This document shows positions 10,801-20,502 of a DNA stretch of 64,000 nucleotides, piece after piece (the stretch's first letter is position 1; every line of letters starts with the position of its first letter). The notes under the pieces were generated by a model. That model did no database searches and was not told the origin of the DNA. It saw only the letters and a program-made list of their open reading frames with translations. The position numbers and the translations under genes were made by a program. The DNA lies in IMG/VR virus record IMGVR_UViG_3300002143_000235, positions 248,001 to 312,000 of that record; one strand, given 5' to 3'.

Positions 10801-11879
10801 TATTTGGTATTAATTTACAAATTGTTACTAAATTGAATAATCGTGTTTATGTCTTTAATATTCAAGATGGTACAGCTGCAACATATGCTGCTGCTATTAT
10901 TGCCGCATTAATTATTGATCCTGTCTATGTATTGAATGCTAAAAGTGTTTTACCATTTCGTTTTCGAATTATTGAACCCAATATTGTACGTATAAATACT
11001 AATGTTAATATTGTTACAGGTGATGATTCATCACCAATTAGACCGATCAATAATACATACAATACTGTAAATCCAACAACAACACCTGGTGAAAGTGTAT
11101 TTCCTAATATTTATAGAGATGATATGATATCAAGACGTAAATATGTTGACGATACACGTAAAACAACAACATTATCAGATATTAAAAATCTCCCAGGTAT
11201 TGTTCGATTTAGTGGTGGTTATGAACCAATTTTACGCATGCTTCCAATTTTTAATTCAACAACATTATTGTCAATGAATAATGCATCAGTAGCATCGCCA
11301 ACTGTATTTATTAATGCAGCAAAAGTTCAAAAAATGTCATTAGTTGCAGTTCCTGTTTCAGTAGGTACAGGTTTCTATCTTGAAGTACATCTTATTGATG
11401 TACTTGATCAACTTTTAAATGTGAAAGTAGGTGATGTATGGCATATGGGTGATGCAAATGCTTTTCCATATATTGCAGGACAAACCGGAGAAATTATTGA
11501 AGCTACAACATATGTTCAAAGTTTAATAACTTATTACAAATATACATTAGATATTATTTATGATGTTGCTCCATTTATTGGTACAATTATTCCAGATAAT
11601 ACCCAACCATCGTTCCTTTATATCATGCGTCAAATTGACAAAAATATGTATTTTGATTATCAATATGTAGATTTTGCTACAGTTACAGATTTAACAATAG
11701 CTAAAACTTATTCTGTTGTAAATCCTTTAAGATCATCAAAAACTGTAAACAATACAACAAATAGGTATCCGTTGATTGATGAGCATGGTTCAACAAACAT
11801 TGATAGAATGGCACTTAAATCATCATGGGATGAGATATTTTATTACATGACACTTTCTAACAAATACAACACATTATAA
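7833..11879 (+). CDS. Large putative virion structural protein (1348 aa)
   Basis: Long Asn/Tyr/Asp-rich beta-type ORF, no catalytic motif recognised, TATATA upstream; structural role is inference. Confidence 0.6.
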   Translation: MTTGSISLLRANVALTTNVKLMVDSKYNLYLESYSSNTELSDRKYKKFQIGPDVFISERYAKFYQGLPADLAFAVKNDVKSDSIQSMYGNQFDDIYYSGPRNVEDNRYIEEFQYNTTLRINPTKLPKYFFIFRKDEPGLLDLNRSNASNFLHDLKCVNVVDLTPKTTIGQLWKKNYIDDDVIPASPFELNLNTDEFSQWNGYDYTSGGTVSKSFLLDDFMQNQLSDFEFESYLTDGFRKNGVIASNYANISYLFDDTVSGIFIQSTLGDEHRYYEDEYPFIFQLIRSNKITSNQYTKSIDTSGVVGRIYYTFNIHIPYRKKWTINRYTGYYVDDLKRVAQLSSYMGGVFVDDAAIEIIDNTFMKYDSGLGEYVSVSPLVNAFVDTLPIHFKIGEVFHLVEKDGNNYRLVSENSINGNMLALKSTGTQSIKIDFEDFGSGEFKSVLKNVDNTYYYNKDFTIYRDGICVIKLLDTYYTLHIDYSNQQVYINTDEYITCDSNVLVRQLGEGVKRFDNLQVITKDNAIEYFEVFFLQFTDIADWDFNHTDTDHTKIEYDTDNAINYNRPFVHALDIKDLALPVDLQYEKDYNIVEPGGTPVINSPFIFPVASEYAATGDLYMLDNINKLTRIWNINQSVNKFGLSGSVGPNSVPYKINNNLTVWGQLNLNPNMYSASKSISDSNLDWFYTFGRPIDYIDYDSLEAYDLSYNPHIIQRTLNIDTPRTVNITGASTTVQNNLRFNYRFDLEYYKRQSTTFDYFSYMMDMPVSLDSNGLFEFDKRMTTRAAVLYPNDGVNGPRLYLRGMCAYLEYVTLANPNICSEGVTPRPADDLSGYRFGTVFAPKYTEDVALWGKSGIDIVLNKKFKNILIHIYIYVPINSYTSLDYRRRDVNYNEDHVMYSYFDATINDMVFTASELATADLTLNNFLNILNKCELDSTIFTLGINYQVLDTVQSVGYLIINAYEDPLDTTRLFIEFESEPNLKEHDWMYFELFGINLQIVTKLNNRVYVFNIQDGTAATYAAAIIAALIIDPVYVLNAKSVLPFRFRIIEPNIVRINTNVNIVTGDDSSPIRPINNTYNTVNPTTTPGESVFPNIYRDDMISRRKYVDDTRKTTTLSDIKNLPGIVRFSGGYEPILRMLPIFNSTTLLSMNNASVASPTVFINAAKVQKMSLVAVPVSVGTGFYLEVHLIDVLDQLLNVKVGDVWHMGDANAFPYIAGQTGEIIEATTYVQSLITYYKYTLDIIYDVAPFIGTIIPDNTQPSFLYIMRQIDKNMYFDYQYVDFATVTDLTIAKTYSVVNPLRSSKTVNNTTNRYPLIDEHGSTNIDRMALKSSWDEIFYYMTLSNKYNTL

Positions 11880-11880
11880 T

Positions 11881-12624
11881 ATGAGAAAAGACGGCATTGT
11901 TAAGGAATTCAAAAACGCTTCAGTTTATGGCGCATATGTTATGCGTGAAAAAACTAATTTTTTGTGTGGTAAAATGATGGATATTGAAGATATTATACAT
12001 ATTACTTATCCATATACATATGATGAACTGTTAGGACTTATAGCGCTTGGACCTGTTAGTGAAACAATGGTAAAAAGTGCTTCTAACTATTCATATGATG
12101 AAGTGAAGAAAAAATACATTACTATAAAACCTGATCAAACACAAGCAACACAGGATGCCAATGCAAATACTCGATGGATATTTGAATTTGATTCTAAATC
12201 ATTATTAAAAGATTATCTTTATAATGAAATTTATACAATAAATCCAGCATCACCATTCAAACAAATACCACTAGTACAAACACCAGCAAATAATGTAAGT
12301 ACACTTTGTCTTGATTACATTAATGCGAATGTAATGGACAGATACAGATTAAAAGAATTTATTCTTTATGCCGAGTATTATGAGCTTAAGACTGGAACAG
12401 TTCCAGGTACTGGTGGTGGATTTGATACACCTGTTCCATTATTGTATAAAAATCCTGTATTTCATTTAATTGCTATTCCTGAAACGAATTCAGATAAAAA
12501 CAAAGAGACAATTGCAATGAAAGAATACAATGATGGATTTTATGAAATTGCTTATAAACAAAAAAAAAGTTCACAATTTTATACATTTGTTTACTACTAT
12601 GATGTAATTTTTGAAAAGATTTAA
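11881..12624 (+). CDS. Putative structural protein
   Basis: Coupled to the 1348-aa gene, similar composition. Confidence 0.5.
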   Translation: MRKDGIVKEFKNASVYGAYVMREKTNFLCGKMMDIEDIIHITYPYTYDELLGLIALGPVSETMVKSASNYSYDEVKKKYITIKPDQTQATQDANANTRWIFEFDSKSLLKDYLYNEIYTINPASPFKQIPLVQTPANNVSTLCLDYINANVMDRYRLKEFILYAEYYELKTGTVPGTGGGFDTPVPLLYKNPVFHLIAIPETNSDKNKETIAMKEYNDGFYEIAYKQKKSSQFYTFVYYYDVIFEKI

Positions 12625-12668
12625 ACTTTTGCTACATGTCTTGAATATAATAACATATTTAAGCATTT

Positions 12669-13172
12669 ATGACAACAATACAAGTAGCAAAATATAATGA
12701 AACACTTCTTCAAATTGTTGAAGAAAAACGTACAGAATGGACTGATAATATTAAAGGTTTAGCTCCACTTATTCGGAGTAAAGATCCACACGATATGACT
12801 GAAGCACAAGCTCTTGCTTTATCTTATCGTAGTATTATACTTGAAGAAATTGCATATTTTATAACAAAACTTGGTCAAACTCAGAAAACATTAAAAGTTT
12901 TAAAATCTGAACGTTTTACATTATATACAACTGGACATTTTCCAGATGGAACACGCGCAACAGGAAATGTTGCAGCTCATCCACTTATTGGAAACACTAA
13001 ACTATCTGGTTCACAGCGTGATATGATTATTTCAGGTGATCTTGCAGATCATGAACACACTGATGATATTTTGGAACAGATTATTTTACATTTACGTGAA
13101 TGTATTAAAACTATTGATCAATACATGTACGCAATCAAAAACAGACTAGAGTTATTTGTACTCTTTAAATAA
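12669..13172 (+). CDS. uvsY: UvsY-like recombination mediator
   Basis: Helical protein; ERFTLYTTG...ISGDLAD...ECIKTIDQYMYAIKN parallels T4 UvsY (RLDYYSG...LSAD...ALDAIKSRGFAIKH). Confidence 0.6.
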   Translation: MTTIQVAKYNETLLQIVEEKRTEWTDNIKGLAPLIRSKDPHDMTEAQALALSYRSIILEEIAYFITKLGQTQKTLKVLKSERFTLYTTGHFPDGTRATGNVAAHPLIGNTKLSGSQRDMIISGDLADHEHTDDILEQIILHLRECIKTIDQYMYAIKNRLELFVLFK

Positions 13173-13681
13173 ATAAGTTTTAATACAAATGAATATAGAA
13201 GACAGAAGCGCACTAGCATTTAAGATTGGTGAAGCATTACGTATTTGGGAACAAATTACTGTTGATCAAGTTGTGCAACAGGTTGCAATCAATGGTGTGT
13301 CTGAATCGTGGATGCTTTATATTGAACGTGATATGCATGATCATAAAGAATGTCTAGAATTTCTTTACTTTGGATCAGACAAAAATACAGACAAATAACA
13401 ATAGGAGTGTAAATAACATGAAAAGTAATCGAAGTTTAAGCAAAAGAGAAATCCGTAACGAATTGTTTGGAATATTAGCAATGTGTGATGGATTTACAGA
13501 AGATGGTAGTATGGCTGGCGGTAAAAGGAAGGAAGAATTAATTAAATACCTTCCTAAATTAATAGCATCAAGAATTATGGAACTACAAGATTTAATAGAT
13601 AATTGTAGTTTGAGCGATTAATTTATTTAGTTGTTTTTGGCGGTAGTTGAATATGAATAAAATGTAAGAGAAAAAAAAATA

Positions 13682-14272
13682 ATGGAAGAATATAGAATAG
13701 ATCGATCAGGTCGTGTTTGGACCAAAATGCAATATGTCTTAGCAAACAATCCAAACCATGCTATTAGTACCATTGGAATGAATGCTAAATGGGATGCGCT
13801 TACTCCAGTAAACATTCAAGCATATGATTCGAAAGCTGACACACTTGAACACATCAAACATGTGAATACGTTCTTGTTAAATTCAGCACATGAAATAATT
13901 GAACGTGCTAAGAAACATGATAACTCGAAACTTGATGGGATTGAGAAAGAATTGTTTGACAAGGAGACACCAGTTCTTAAAGGATTAACATATGGTTCAC
14001 CAGAGTATAAAGATTCATTAACAAGATTGAAACCAGCGCTTGACAATCATTACGCGAACAACTCACATCACCCGGAACATTGGAGTAATGGCATTGATGG
14101 AATGGACCTGTTTGATATTCTGGAAATGTTAAATGACTGGAAGGCTGCAACAATGCGCACAGCTGATGGTGACATCGTTAAGTCACTTGAAATTAACAAA
14201 ACGCGATTCAATATTTCTGATCAAATGCAACAGATCTTATTGAACACTGTTGAACGTTACGGTTGGTTATAA
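13682..14272 (+). CDS. DUF5662-like HD-related protein
   Basis: HDNSKL...HYANNSHHPEH..GIDGM.L.DILEM..DWKAA. Confidence 0.75.
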   Translation: MEEYRIDRSGRVWTKMQYVLANNPNHAISTIGMNAKWDALTPVNIQAYDSKADTLEHIKHVNTFLLNSAHEIIERAKKHDNSKLDGIEKELFDKETPVLKGLTYGSPEYKDSLTRLKPALDNHYANNSHHPEHWSNGIDGMDLFDILEMLNDWKAATMRTADGDIVKSLEINKTRFNISDQMQQILLNTVERYGWL

Positions 14273-14289
14273 ATAAAACAAGAACAAAT

Positions 14290-14853
14290 ATGCTGAAATC
14301 ATTAGAAACACCAATGCAACGAAAGTTGTTTTTTACTCAACAGGTGACACAGGCTTCTATTTCTGATCTTACACAAAAGATTATTGAGATAAATGACAAT
14401 GATGAAAAACTTGAACAAGTTACAAACATTTATGGTATGCACTATGAACGTTTACCAATTGAGATTTATATCGATAGTTATGGTGGTGCTGTTTATCCAT
14501 GTTTTGGTTTATTATCAGTTATAGAAAATAGTGTAACACCAATTCATACAATTGTTACAGGTTCTGCAATGAGTTGTGGATTTTTAATTTTACTTAGTGG
14601 ACATTTACGTTTTGCTTATAAACTATCTACAGCAATGTATCATCAAGTATCTAGCGCAACTGGTGGTAAATTAAAAGATATGCAAGAAGATTTAGAGGAA
14701 ACTGAACGGTTGCAACAAATTATTAATGATCACACGTTTAGTAAAACAAACATAACACAAAAAAAATTAGATAAAAATTTTAACGGAAAGAAAAATTGGT
14801 TCATTGCCGGTGAAGACCTTATCAAATTAGGAATTGTGGACAAAATTATTTAA
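14290..14853 (+). CDS. clpP: ClpP-like serine protease
   Basis: IYIDSYGG, TIVTGSAMSCG (catalytic Ser), MYHQ (catalytic His); likely ATG at 14290. Confidence 0.85.
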   Translation: MLKSLETPMQRKLFFTQQVTQASISDLTQKIIEINDNDEKLEQVTNIYGMHYERLPIEIYIDSYGGAVYPCFGLLSVIENSVTPIHTIVTGSAMSCGFLILLSGHLRFAYKLSTAMYHQVSSATGGKLKDMQEDLEETERLQQIINDHTFSKTNITQKKLDKNFNGKKNWFIAGEDLIKLGIVDKII

Positions 14854-15344
14854 TGTCACGATATCTGTATAGAAGTACAGCATTTAATATGCTTAATGTT
14901 GAACACGAGTTTGATGTGCTATGTTATCGTAAATCAAAATTTGAACAATTATTACGTGGTGTAGTTGATCAGTATAATGTTGAACAGACTGATGTTATGT
15001 ATATTTCAATTCTAAATGTTGGTGATGATACAGGCTATTTCAAGAAGAATTTTCAAAATGTTCTAGTATTGCATTTTGATGATATCACTGATGTCAGGTC
15101 TGATTTGGCATTTAATCAAGATCATGCCGAACAAATAATCGATTTCATTATCAAGAATAAGTATAAATCAGAATGTATGGTACATTGTTCTGCTGGAATT
15201 AGTCGTTCTGGAGCTGTTGGTCAATTTATTAATGCGTGTTTTGGCGTAAATAATGATTATTTTTTAAATATGAATGTCAACGTCAGACCAAATCCGATGA
15301 TACTAGAAACATTAGAAGAAGTTTTCAATAAATTAAATAAATAA
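14853..15344 (+). CDS. Cys-based protein tyrosine/dual-specificity phosphatase-like
   Basis: HCSAGISRS (HCX5R) P-loop, FDD acid loop, PNP motif. Confidence 0.85.
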   Translation: MSRYLYRSTAFNMLNVEHEFDVLCYRKSKFEQLLRGVVDQYNVEQTDVMYISILNVGDDTGYFKKNFQNVLVLHFDDITDVRSDLAFNQDHAEQIIDFIIKNKYKSECMVHCSAGISRSGAVGQFINACFGVNNDYFLNMNVNVRPNPMILETLEEVFNKLNK

Positions 15345-15350
15345 TTAATA

Positions 15351-16031
15351 ATGATTTACAACAATATAAAAATTACAACAACCATGAGTGAAGAAAACAA
15401 ATCACTCTTTATTACATCATTCAAAAACACTAAACGTGAAACTGGTGTTTGTTACGGTGCATATTTTGATGAAGATCCATGCATGGTGGGATTGTTTGCT
15501 ACCAGTAAACATATTGCATTCGCAATTACTGATATATACGTACTTGATGACGAGATGTTTATGGATATCAAAATATTATCAACATTCAATGGTAAGAAAC
15601 TGAAAGAACGCTTGCTTGGTAAACATGAATTTGGTGTAGATTTGCATACGGCAACATATGCCCAAATCACTGTAGATAAACAAGACATATCTACAGTCAG
15701 TAAATTTATATCAATTAACATCAGCGAAACATATGTTGAAACTGATACAACATGTGGTGTCGTAGCTACAACCAGTACAATCAGTCAGGATCACTACGAA
15801 CTCAAAGAATCCGAATTAAACAATGTGGCATTTGATCCGTTTGAAAGCACTGATGATCTTGATATAAAGGCATTGGATTTTTTACAGATGAAATTAAATC
15901 TTGTGGATACGATGTATAACGCGTTCAAACGAGAAGATGATAAACCATATTTTCATCTTGATTTTTTACTACAAAAATACTTAGGTATGAGTCAGGCTGA
16001 CATTGATAAGATGAAGAATACTGAAAAATAA
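15351..16031 (+). CDS. Hypothetical protein
   Basis: 226-aa ORF. Confidence 0.6.
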   Translation: MIYNNIKITTTMSEENKSLFITSFKNTKRETGVCYGAYFDEDPCMVGLFATSKHIAFAITDIYVLDDEMFMDIKILSTFNGKKLKERLLGKHEFGVDLHTATYAQITVDKQDISTVSKFISINISETYVETDTTCGVVATTSTISQDHYELKESELNNVAFDPFESTDDLDIKALDFLQMKLNLVDTMYNAFKREDDKPYFHLDFLLQKYLGMSQADIDKMKNTEK

Positions 16032-16091
16032 TTTACATGGGATGCATTTAGCATCCCATTTTTTTCTATCTTTGTAATATAAAACAATCAA

Positions 16092-16370
16092 ATGAACCAA
16101 ATAATTTCAAATAAACGCATGTGGGTGATTATGTCAAAAGATAGAACACTTATAGCAAAAGGAACAACGTATCGTCATTTAGTATCAGTGTCAAACAAAA
16201 GAGATGAGAAAAAAATCTTGACATATCGTTCTAAAGCTACTGCAGAAAATGCTTTTAAAAAATATGATTGGTTTTATGATACAGAATTAATTACAAATTA
16301 TGATTCTAGTAAACCATTATCAGAATACTTAGAAGCTGTTGAGGTTTCGTTTAAAGTTGAAATTTTATAA
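16092..16370 (+). CDS. Hypothetical protein
   Basis: Preceded by TATCTTTG box. Confidence 0.6.
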   Translation: MNQIISNKRMWVIMSKDRTLIAKGTTYRHLVSVSNKRDEKKILTYRSKATAENAFKKYDWFYDTELITNYDSSKPLSEYLEAVEVSFKVEIL

Positions 16371-16372
16371 AT

Positions 16373-17050
16373 ATGGAAACAATTTATCGTATGGAATTTG
16401 ATTATGGTCGTATGGGATCATTATCTGGATTATTTATTGCAGAAAGTGATGAGATTGATACATTAATAACATCTGAACGCGAAATCAACTTTGGTGAAAT
16501 TTTAGGTAAACATTCAGACGTATGTTGTTCACTAACTCGCAGTGATATTGATGTTATATCATCTGATCCCGCTGACATTGAGTTTTTTAAAAGACTTAAT
16601 CTTCAAACTGGTTATAATCCACTTGATTTCCTATCTGAAGAAGATTATGAAGAAGAAGATTATGAAGAAGAAGATTATAACGATGAAGACAATGATATAG
16701 AAGACGAACCTTCACCCGAAGAACAGTTGTTAAAAATACTTTCTGATGAAAATTATAATTCATTTCATAATCGTACAAAATATGAAAATCTTTTAACAAA
16801 ATGTACCCAAGCAATTGAAAAGTACCCAATGTATGTTGGATTTAAACTGTTGATTATTGATGTCGAATGCCGACGTTTAGATTATGCAACGTTTGAATAC
16901 TTAGAGATGCAAAAGAAACCAAATGTTCTTAAACCATCTCATTGGACACCAGAGTGGATTGCAGAAAGAGAAATTGAATACAAACAACAATCAGAAAAAC
17001 GTTGGGCACAAAGTATTATTGATAAAGAAAAGTTATTGAATGAAAATTAA
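16373..17050 (+). CDS. Hypothetical protein with acidic EEDY repeat linker
   Basis: ORF; GAAGAAGATTAT repeated three times at 16637-16678. Confidence 0.65.
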   Translation: METIYRMEFDYGRMGSLSGLFIAESDEIDTLITSEREINFGEILGKHSDVCCSLTRSDIDVISSDPADIEFFKRLNLQTGYNPLDFLSEEDYEEEDYEEEDYNDEDNDIEDEPSPEEQLLKILSDENYNSFHNRTKYENLLTKCTQAIEKYPMYVGFKLLIIDVECRRLDYATFEYLEMQKKPNVLKPSHWTPEWIAEREIEYKQQSEKRWAQSIIDKEKLLNEN

Positions 17051-17501
17051 TGTACTCAGTAAAATAGAGTTTGAAGATCTCATGATCAACAAAAATATCG
17101 ATGATTCTAATGTTGAATCGTTAGATACTATCATGTTCATTAGTATTCTCAATACAGATAGCGTTGGTGATAATATAGGTCATTTTAAACACAATCATAA
17201 AAATGTATTGATTCTAAATTTTGATGATGTTGAATTTGATATTATTGATACTGATATAAAAGCTGTTGCTTTTACAGAAGAACAAGGACATCAATTGATG
17301 TCTTTTATTGATAGCAACAAGGATAAAAATCAGTGTATAGTACATTGTTCTGCTGGTATTAGTAGATCAGGTGCTGTAGGAGCATTTATAAGCGATTACT
17401 TTAATCAAAGTTATGCAAGCTTTAAAAAAATTAATCCATACACTAAACCAAATCCTAGAGTCATGCGTATAATGAACAGAATTTTAAGACAAAAAGAATA
17501 A
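17040..17501 (+). CDS. Cys-based phosphatase-like protein (paralog of 14853..15344)
   Basis: HCSAGISRSGAVG identical to the paralog. Confidence 0.85.
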   Translation: MKINVLSKIEFEDLMINKNIDDSNVESLDTIMFISILNTDSVGDNIGHFKHNHKNVLILNFDDVEFDIIDTDIKAVAFTEEQGHQLMSFIDSNKDKNQCIVHCSAGISRSGAVGAFISDYFNQSYASFKKINPYTKPNPRVMRIMNRILRQKE

Positions 17502-17625
17502 TGGAACCGATATTTACATGTGTGATTATTTACGATCTAAAGGTTATGCTGTAGATTGGATGGGATTAACGGTTAATCAAATGATTAATTACGGCTGGAT
17601 TAAATTACAAGAAGAACAATAAATT

Positions 17626-17934
17626 ATGATTATTAAACCAATTACACCAGAAGAACTGGACGATATTATTCCAATTCCTGATTTTGTTATCGAAGCAATA
17701 AACAATCTTATTAAAAAAAATTATCGTGGGTCATCTTTTACTATTAAATTACAAGAAATTGTACAAGCAATTATTGCAAATAGTAGGGGTTCTATTACAC
17801 AAGATAAAATCTATGCTGAAAAATGGCTTGATTTTGAATACATTTATCGTAAAAATGGTTGGAATGTTATTTATGATAAACCAGGATATGATGAAACATA
17901 TGATGCATTTTTTAAATTTTCAAAACAAAAATAA
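17626..17934 (+). CDS. Conserved hypothetical phage protein
   Basis: IPDFVIEAIN...WLDFE..YRKNGW.V.YDKP pattern. Confidence 0.65.
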   Translation: MIIKPITPEELDDIIPIPDFVIEAINNLIKKNYRGSSFTIKLQEIVQAIIANSRGSITQDKIYAEKWLDFEYIYRKNGWNVIYDKPGYDETYDAFFKFSKQK

Positions 17935-17935
17935 T

Positions 17936-18529
17936 ATGAAAAAAATAATTATCATGTTGACAATATTATTGTCAACAATCTGTCTTGGACAGACATCGTA
18001 TGAGTATCCAACTGAAGAGATACCAGTAAATAAATTGAATGCTGATTCACGTATTGTGTTACACTATGGCTATGAAAATATTTTGGCTATGGATTCAATT
18101 GATTTTGAAATAGCTAAATACTATTTAACAGAATCATATACAATGGATGTTATTGGATTTGATATTGAACATTTTGATATTACAAAATACGAAAGATATC
18201 GTTCTGATTCAATTTATAACACACATTTTTTATTAAGTGGTGGTGTACAAGTTGTGTTTATTCCTCGTAGTATGATGACTTACAAAGTCAAACCTACATT
18301 TGAGTATACATTTATCATATATAATGTACAGACAACAAGCATTGCAAAAAATGTTTACAATGAACTTTATAAGATTTTATCTAAAGATATTGTAAATTAT
18401 TTATTTACGAAAAATGTATTTACATTTCAATCTACAAAAAATATGAGTGAAATCTATTTTAGTGAATCAATGAGTAATGCTGGATATGTCGTAAAAGATT
18501 TTAATAAAAAACTTATCTTAAAACAATAA
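17936..18529 (+). CDS. Secreted hypothetical protein
   Basis: Likely start MKKIIIMLTILLSTICLGQ (signal peptide) at 17936. Confidence 0.65.
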   Translation: MKKIIIMLTILLSTICLGQTSYEYPTEEIPVNKLNADSRIVLHYGYENILAMDSIDFEIAKYYLTESYTMDVIGFDIEHFDITKYERYRSDSIYNTHFLLSGGVQVVFIPRSMMTYKVKPTFEYTFIIYNVQTTSIAKNVYNELYKILSKDIVNYLFTKNVFTFQSTKNMSEIYFSESMSNAGYVVKDFNKKLILKQ

Positions 18530-18531
18530 CT

Positions 18532-19515
18532 ATGAAAAGCTTAAAATTATTTTTGTATGCTTTGATGTTGTGGTTCTCAATCGGAACAGCAGCAGCACAA
18601 ACAGTATATCCATCAACAGAACAATTCAATCCTGGAACGACTTGGACCTTTAACAATGGCTCAGGTGTGCAAAATTATGGTCCGCCTGAAAATTTTGCAA
18701 CAACTAATGTTGGAACAACTCCATATCCGAATGGAGCAAATATTACAATTACAAGTCCTACAATGAATTTAACAAATTGTTTAGGTGTTTTAACTGTTTC
18801 ATTTCCTCTTACTGGAATTATTGAGAATGGATGGGATTTTCTACGTTTTCAATATCAAATAGGTGCAGGTCCATGGATTACAGTACAATCTTTTACTGGT
18901 AATCAAAATGCAACTTTTAGTTATACTTCTCCAACAATTCCAAATACCGCAACACAATTTCGATTTTTATTACAAACAGACAACACAGTTAATACTTACA
19001 CAACTGGTCCATGGTGGAATCCCACTACTAATGTTTACTATTATGATATAGCATATTTTAGAATTACCTGTAGTGCAGTTCTTCCTATTGAACTCGTTTC
19101 ATTTAAAGGCGTATTTAATCAAAAATCAAATAATAATGATCTGACTTGGATTACTGAATCAGAACGTGATAATGATTACTTTACAATTGAAAGACGTGCA
19201 AATGATTTAGATGGAACCTGGGTAAATATAGCAACAATTAATGGTGCAGGCAACTCAATTGTTACATCCAATTACTTATTTCAAGACAATGAATATACAA
19301 GTAATGTGATTAACTATTACCGCATTTCACAAACTGATTACGATGGTAAAAAAGAAGTATTTGATGATATGATTATTGCTATTGATAATCGAGATAAATA
19401 TAAAAAAATTATTAAGATAGTTAATATTTTAGGTCAAGAAATTAAATCAGATACACCTGGTGTTGTAATTTATATTTACGAAGACAATACAATTAAACGT
19501 TTTGTTAATATGTAA
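18532..19515 (+). CDS. Secreted protein with Bacteroidota LPIEL Ig-like module and T9SS-type C-terminal tail
   Basis: Signal peptide; LPIELVSF...LTWITESE.DNDYFTIER...YYRISQTDYDG; tail KIVNILGQE...GVVIYIYED. Confidence 0.8.
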   Translation: MKSLKLFLYALMLWFSIGTAAAQTVYPSTEQFNPGTTWTFNNGSGVQNYGPPENFATTNVGTTPYPNGANITITSPTMNLTNCLGVLTVSFPLTGIIENGWDFLRFQYQIGAGPWITVQSFTGNQNATFSYTSPTIPNTATQFRFLLQTDNTVNTYTTGPWWNPTTNVYYYDIAYFRITCSAVLPIELVSFKGVFNQKSNNNDLTWITESERDNDYFTIERRANDLDGTWVNIATINGAGNSIVTSNYLFQDNEYTSNVINYYRISQTDYDGKKEVFDDMIIAIDNRDKYKKIIKIVNILGQEIKSDTPGVVIYIYEDNTIKRFVNM

Positions 19516-19572
19516 ACTAATATACTAAACAAGAAAGCCTTTGCTCAATATAAAAACAAAGGCTTTCTTATT

Positions 19573-19911
19573 ATGAAACAATATCTTTATCACATTACAC
19601 CCATACGAAACATTCACAATATTCAACAAGAAGGTATTATTCCTGCAGCTAATAATAGTGGAATCACCACAAGTTATGGAAAAAAACATAATACTGTATT
19701 TCTTACAAATGATGTAGAACGAATTCTTGTTACACAATGTGGATCGGATTGGTTAGAACATAATCCAGTTGCAATTCTAGTTATTGATATAGAAGGATTA
19801 GATATAAAACCACATGAGTATCACGGTGGTGGAACTTATACAATTTCAGATTTTGAATACACAACAGGCACGATTACACCTGATCGCATTGTTGAGATCA
19901 AGTATGTATAA
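19573..19911 (+). CDS. ADP-ribosyltransferase-fold (Tpt1/KptA- or DarT-like) protein
   Basis: LYHIT...NI..EGI.P, VFLT, terminal ITPDRI pattern. Confidence 0.55.
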   Translation: MKQYLYHITPIRNIHNIQQEGIIPAANNSGITTSYGKKHNTVFLTNDVERILVTQCGSDWLEHNPVAILVIDIEGLDIKPHEYHGGGTYTISDFEYTTGTITPDRIVEIKYV

Positions 19912-19951
19912 TTTGGTGATATTTAATATATAAGAAAACAACTTTTATATC

Positions 19952-20437
19952 ATGTATACAACTATAAATGAATGGAAAATGAATGAAAATTCTTCTAATA
20001 TTGAATCATTTTTATCATTAGAAGAATTAGAGCGAATTCATAATCAATTAGTACATTATAATTATAAAATAATTGATTCATCTACTATTGAATTTACTGC
20101 TAATGAAACAATTGAAATTGATGGAACAGATATTCAAGGATTAGAAAATGTAATAGATATTGGATATATTTATAAATTTCAATATAATCAATCCGAAACA
20201 ACATTAACAGTTGATTTTATATGTGATGCTTCTCAAAAAGATGTTAATTGGACATGGAATTATAATAATCATAATGTAATCACGATTGAAGGTTCTATTG
20301 AGTCTACAATTTTTGATTATCTTGATGATACATCAGAAATACAAGATGCAGATCACGACGCTGTTGAATCTCTTAGAAAATATATGGAGGAAGATGACAA
20401 TTATGATTATGAACCTGAAATGGCTGATTTATATTAA
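19952..20437 (+). CDS. Putative internal head protein with capsid-targeting-like N-terminus
   Basis: Starts MYTTINEWKMNE; TATATA at 19927. Confidence 0.5.
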   Translation: MYTTINEWKMNENSSNIESFLSLEELERIHNQLVHYNYKIIDSSTIEFTANETIEIDGTDIQGLENVIDIGYIYKFQYNQSETTLTVDFICDASQKDVNWTWNYNNHNVITIEGSIESTIFDYLDDTSEIQDADHDAVESLRKYMEEDDNYDYEPEMADLY

Positions 20438-20460
20438 GAAATAATTTGAATACTAAACAT

Positions 20461-20497
20461 GAAAGGGTTTATTCTGTATAAGAGTAAACCCTTTTTC
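20461..20497 (+). terminator. Intrinsic terminator-like hairpin
   Basis: GAAAGGGTTTA...TAAACCCTTTTTC. Confidence 0.6.
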
Positions 20498-20502
20498 ATG
20501 CT

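Noticed and set aside
16637-16678. GAAGAAGATTAT tandem repeat as a regulatory or contingency locus
   Set aside because: In-frame 15-nt repeat encoding an acidic EEDY linker; ordinary slippage.
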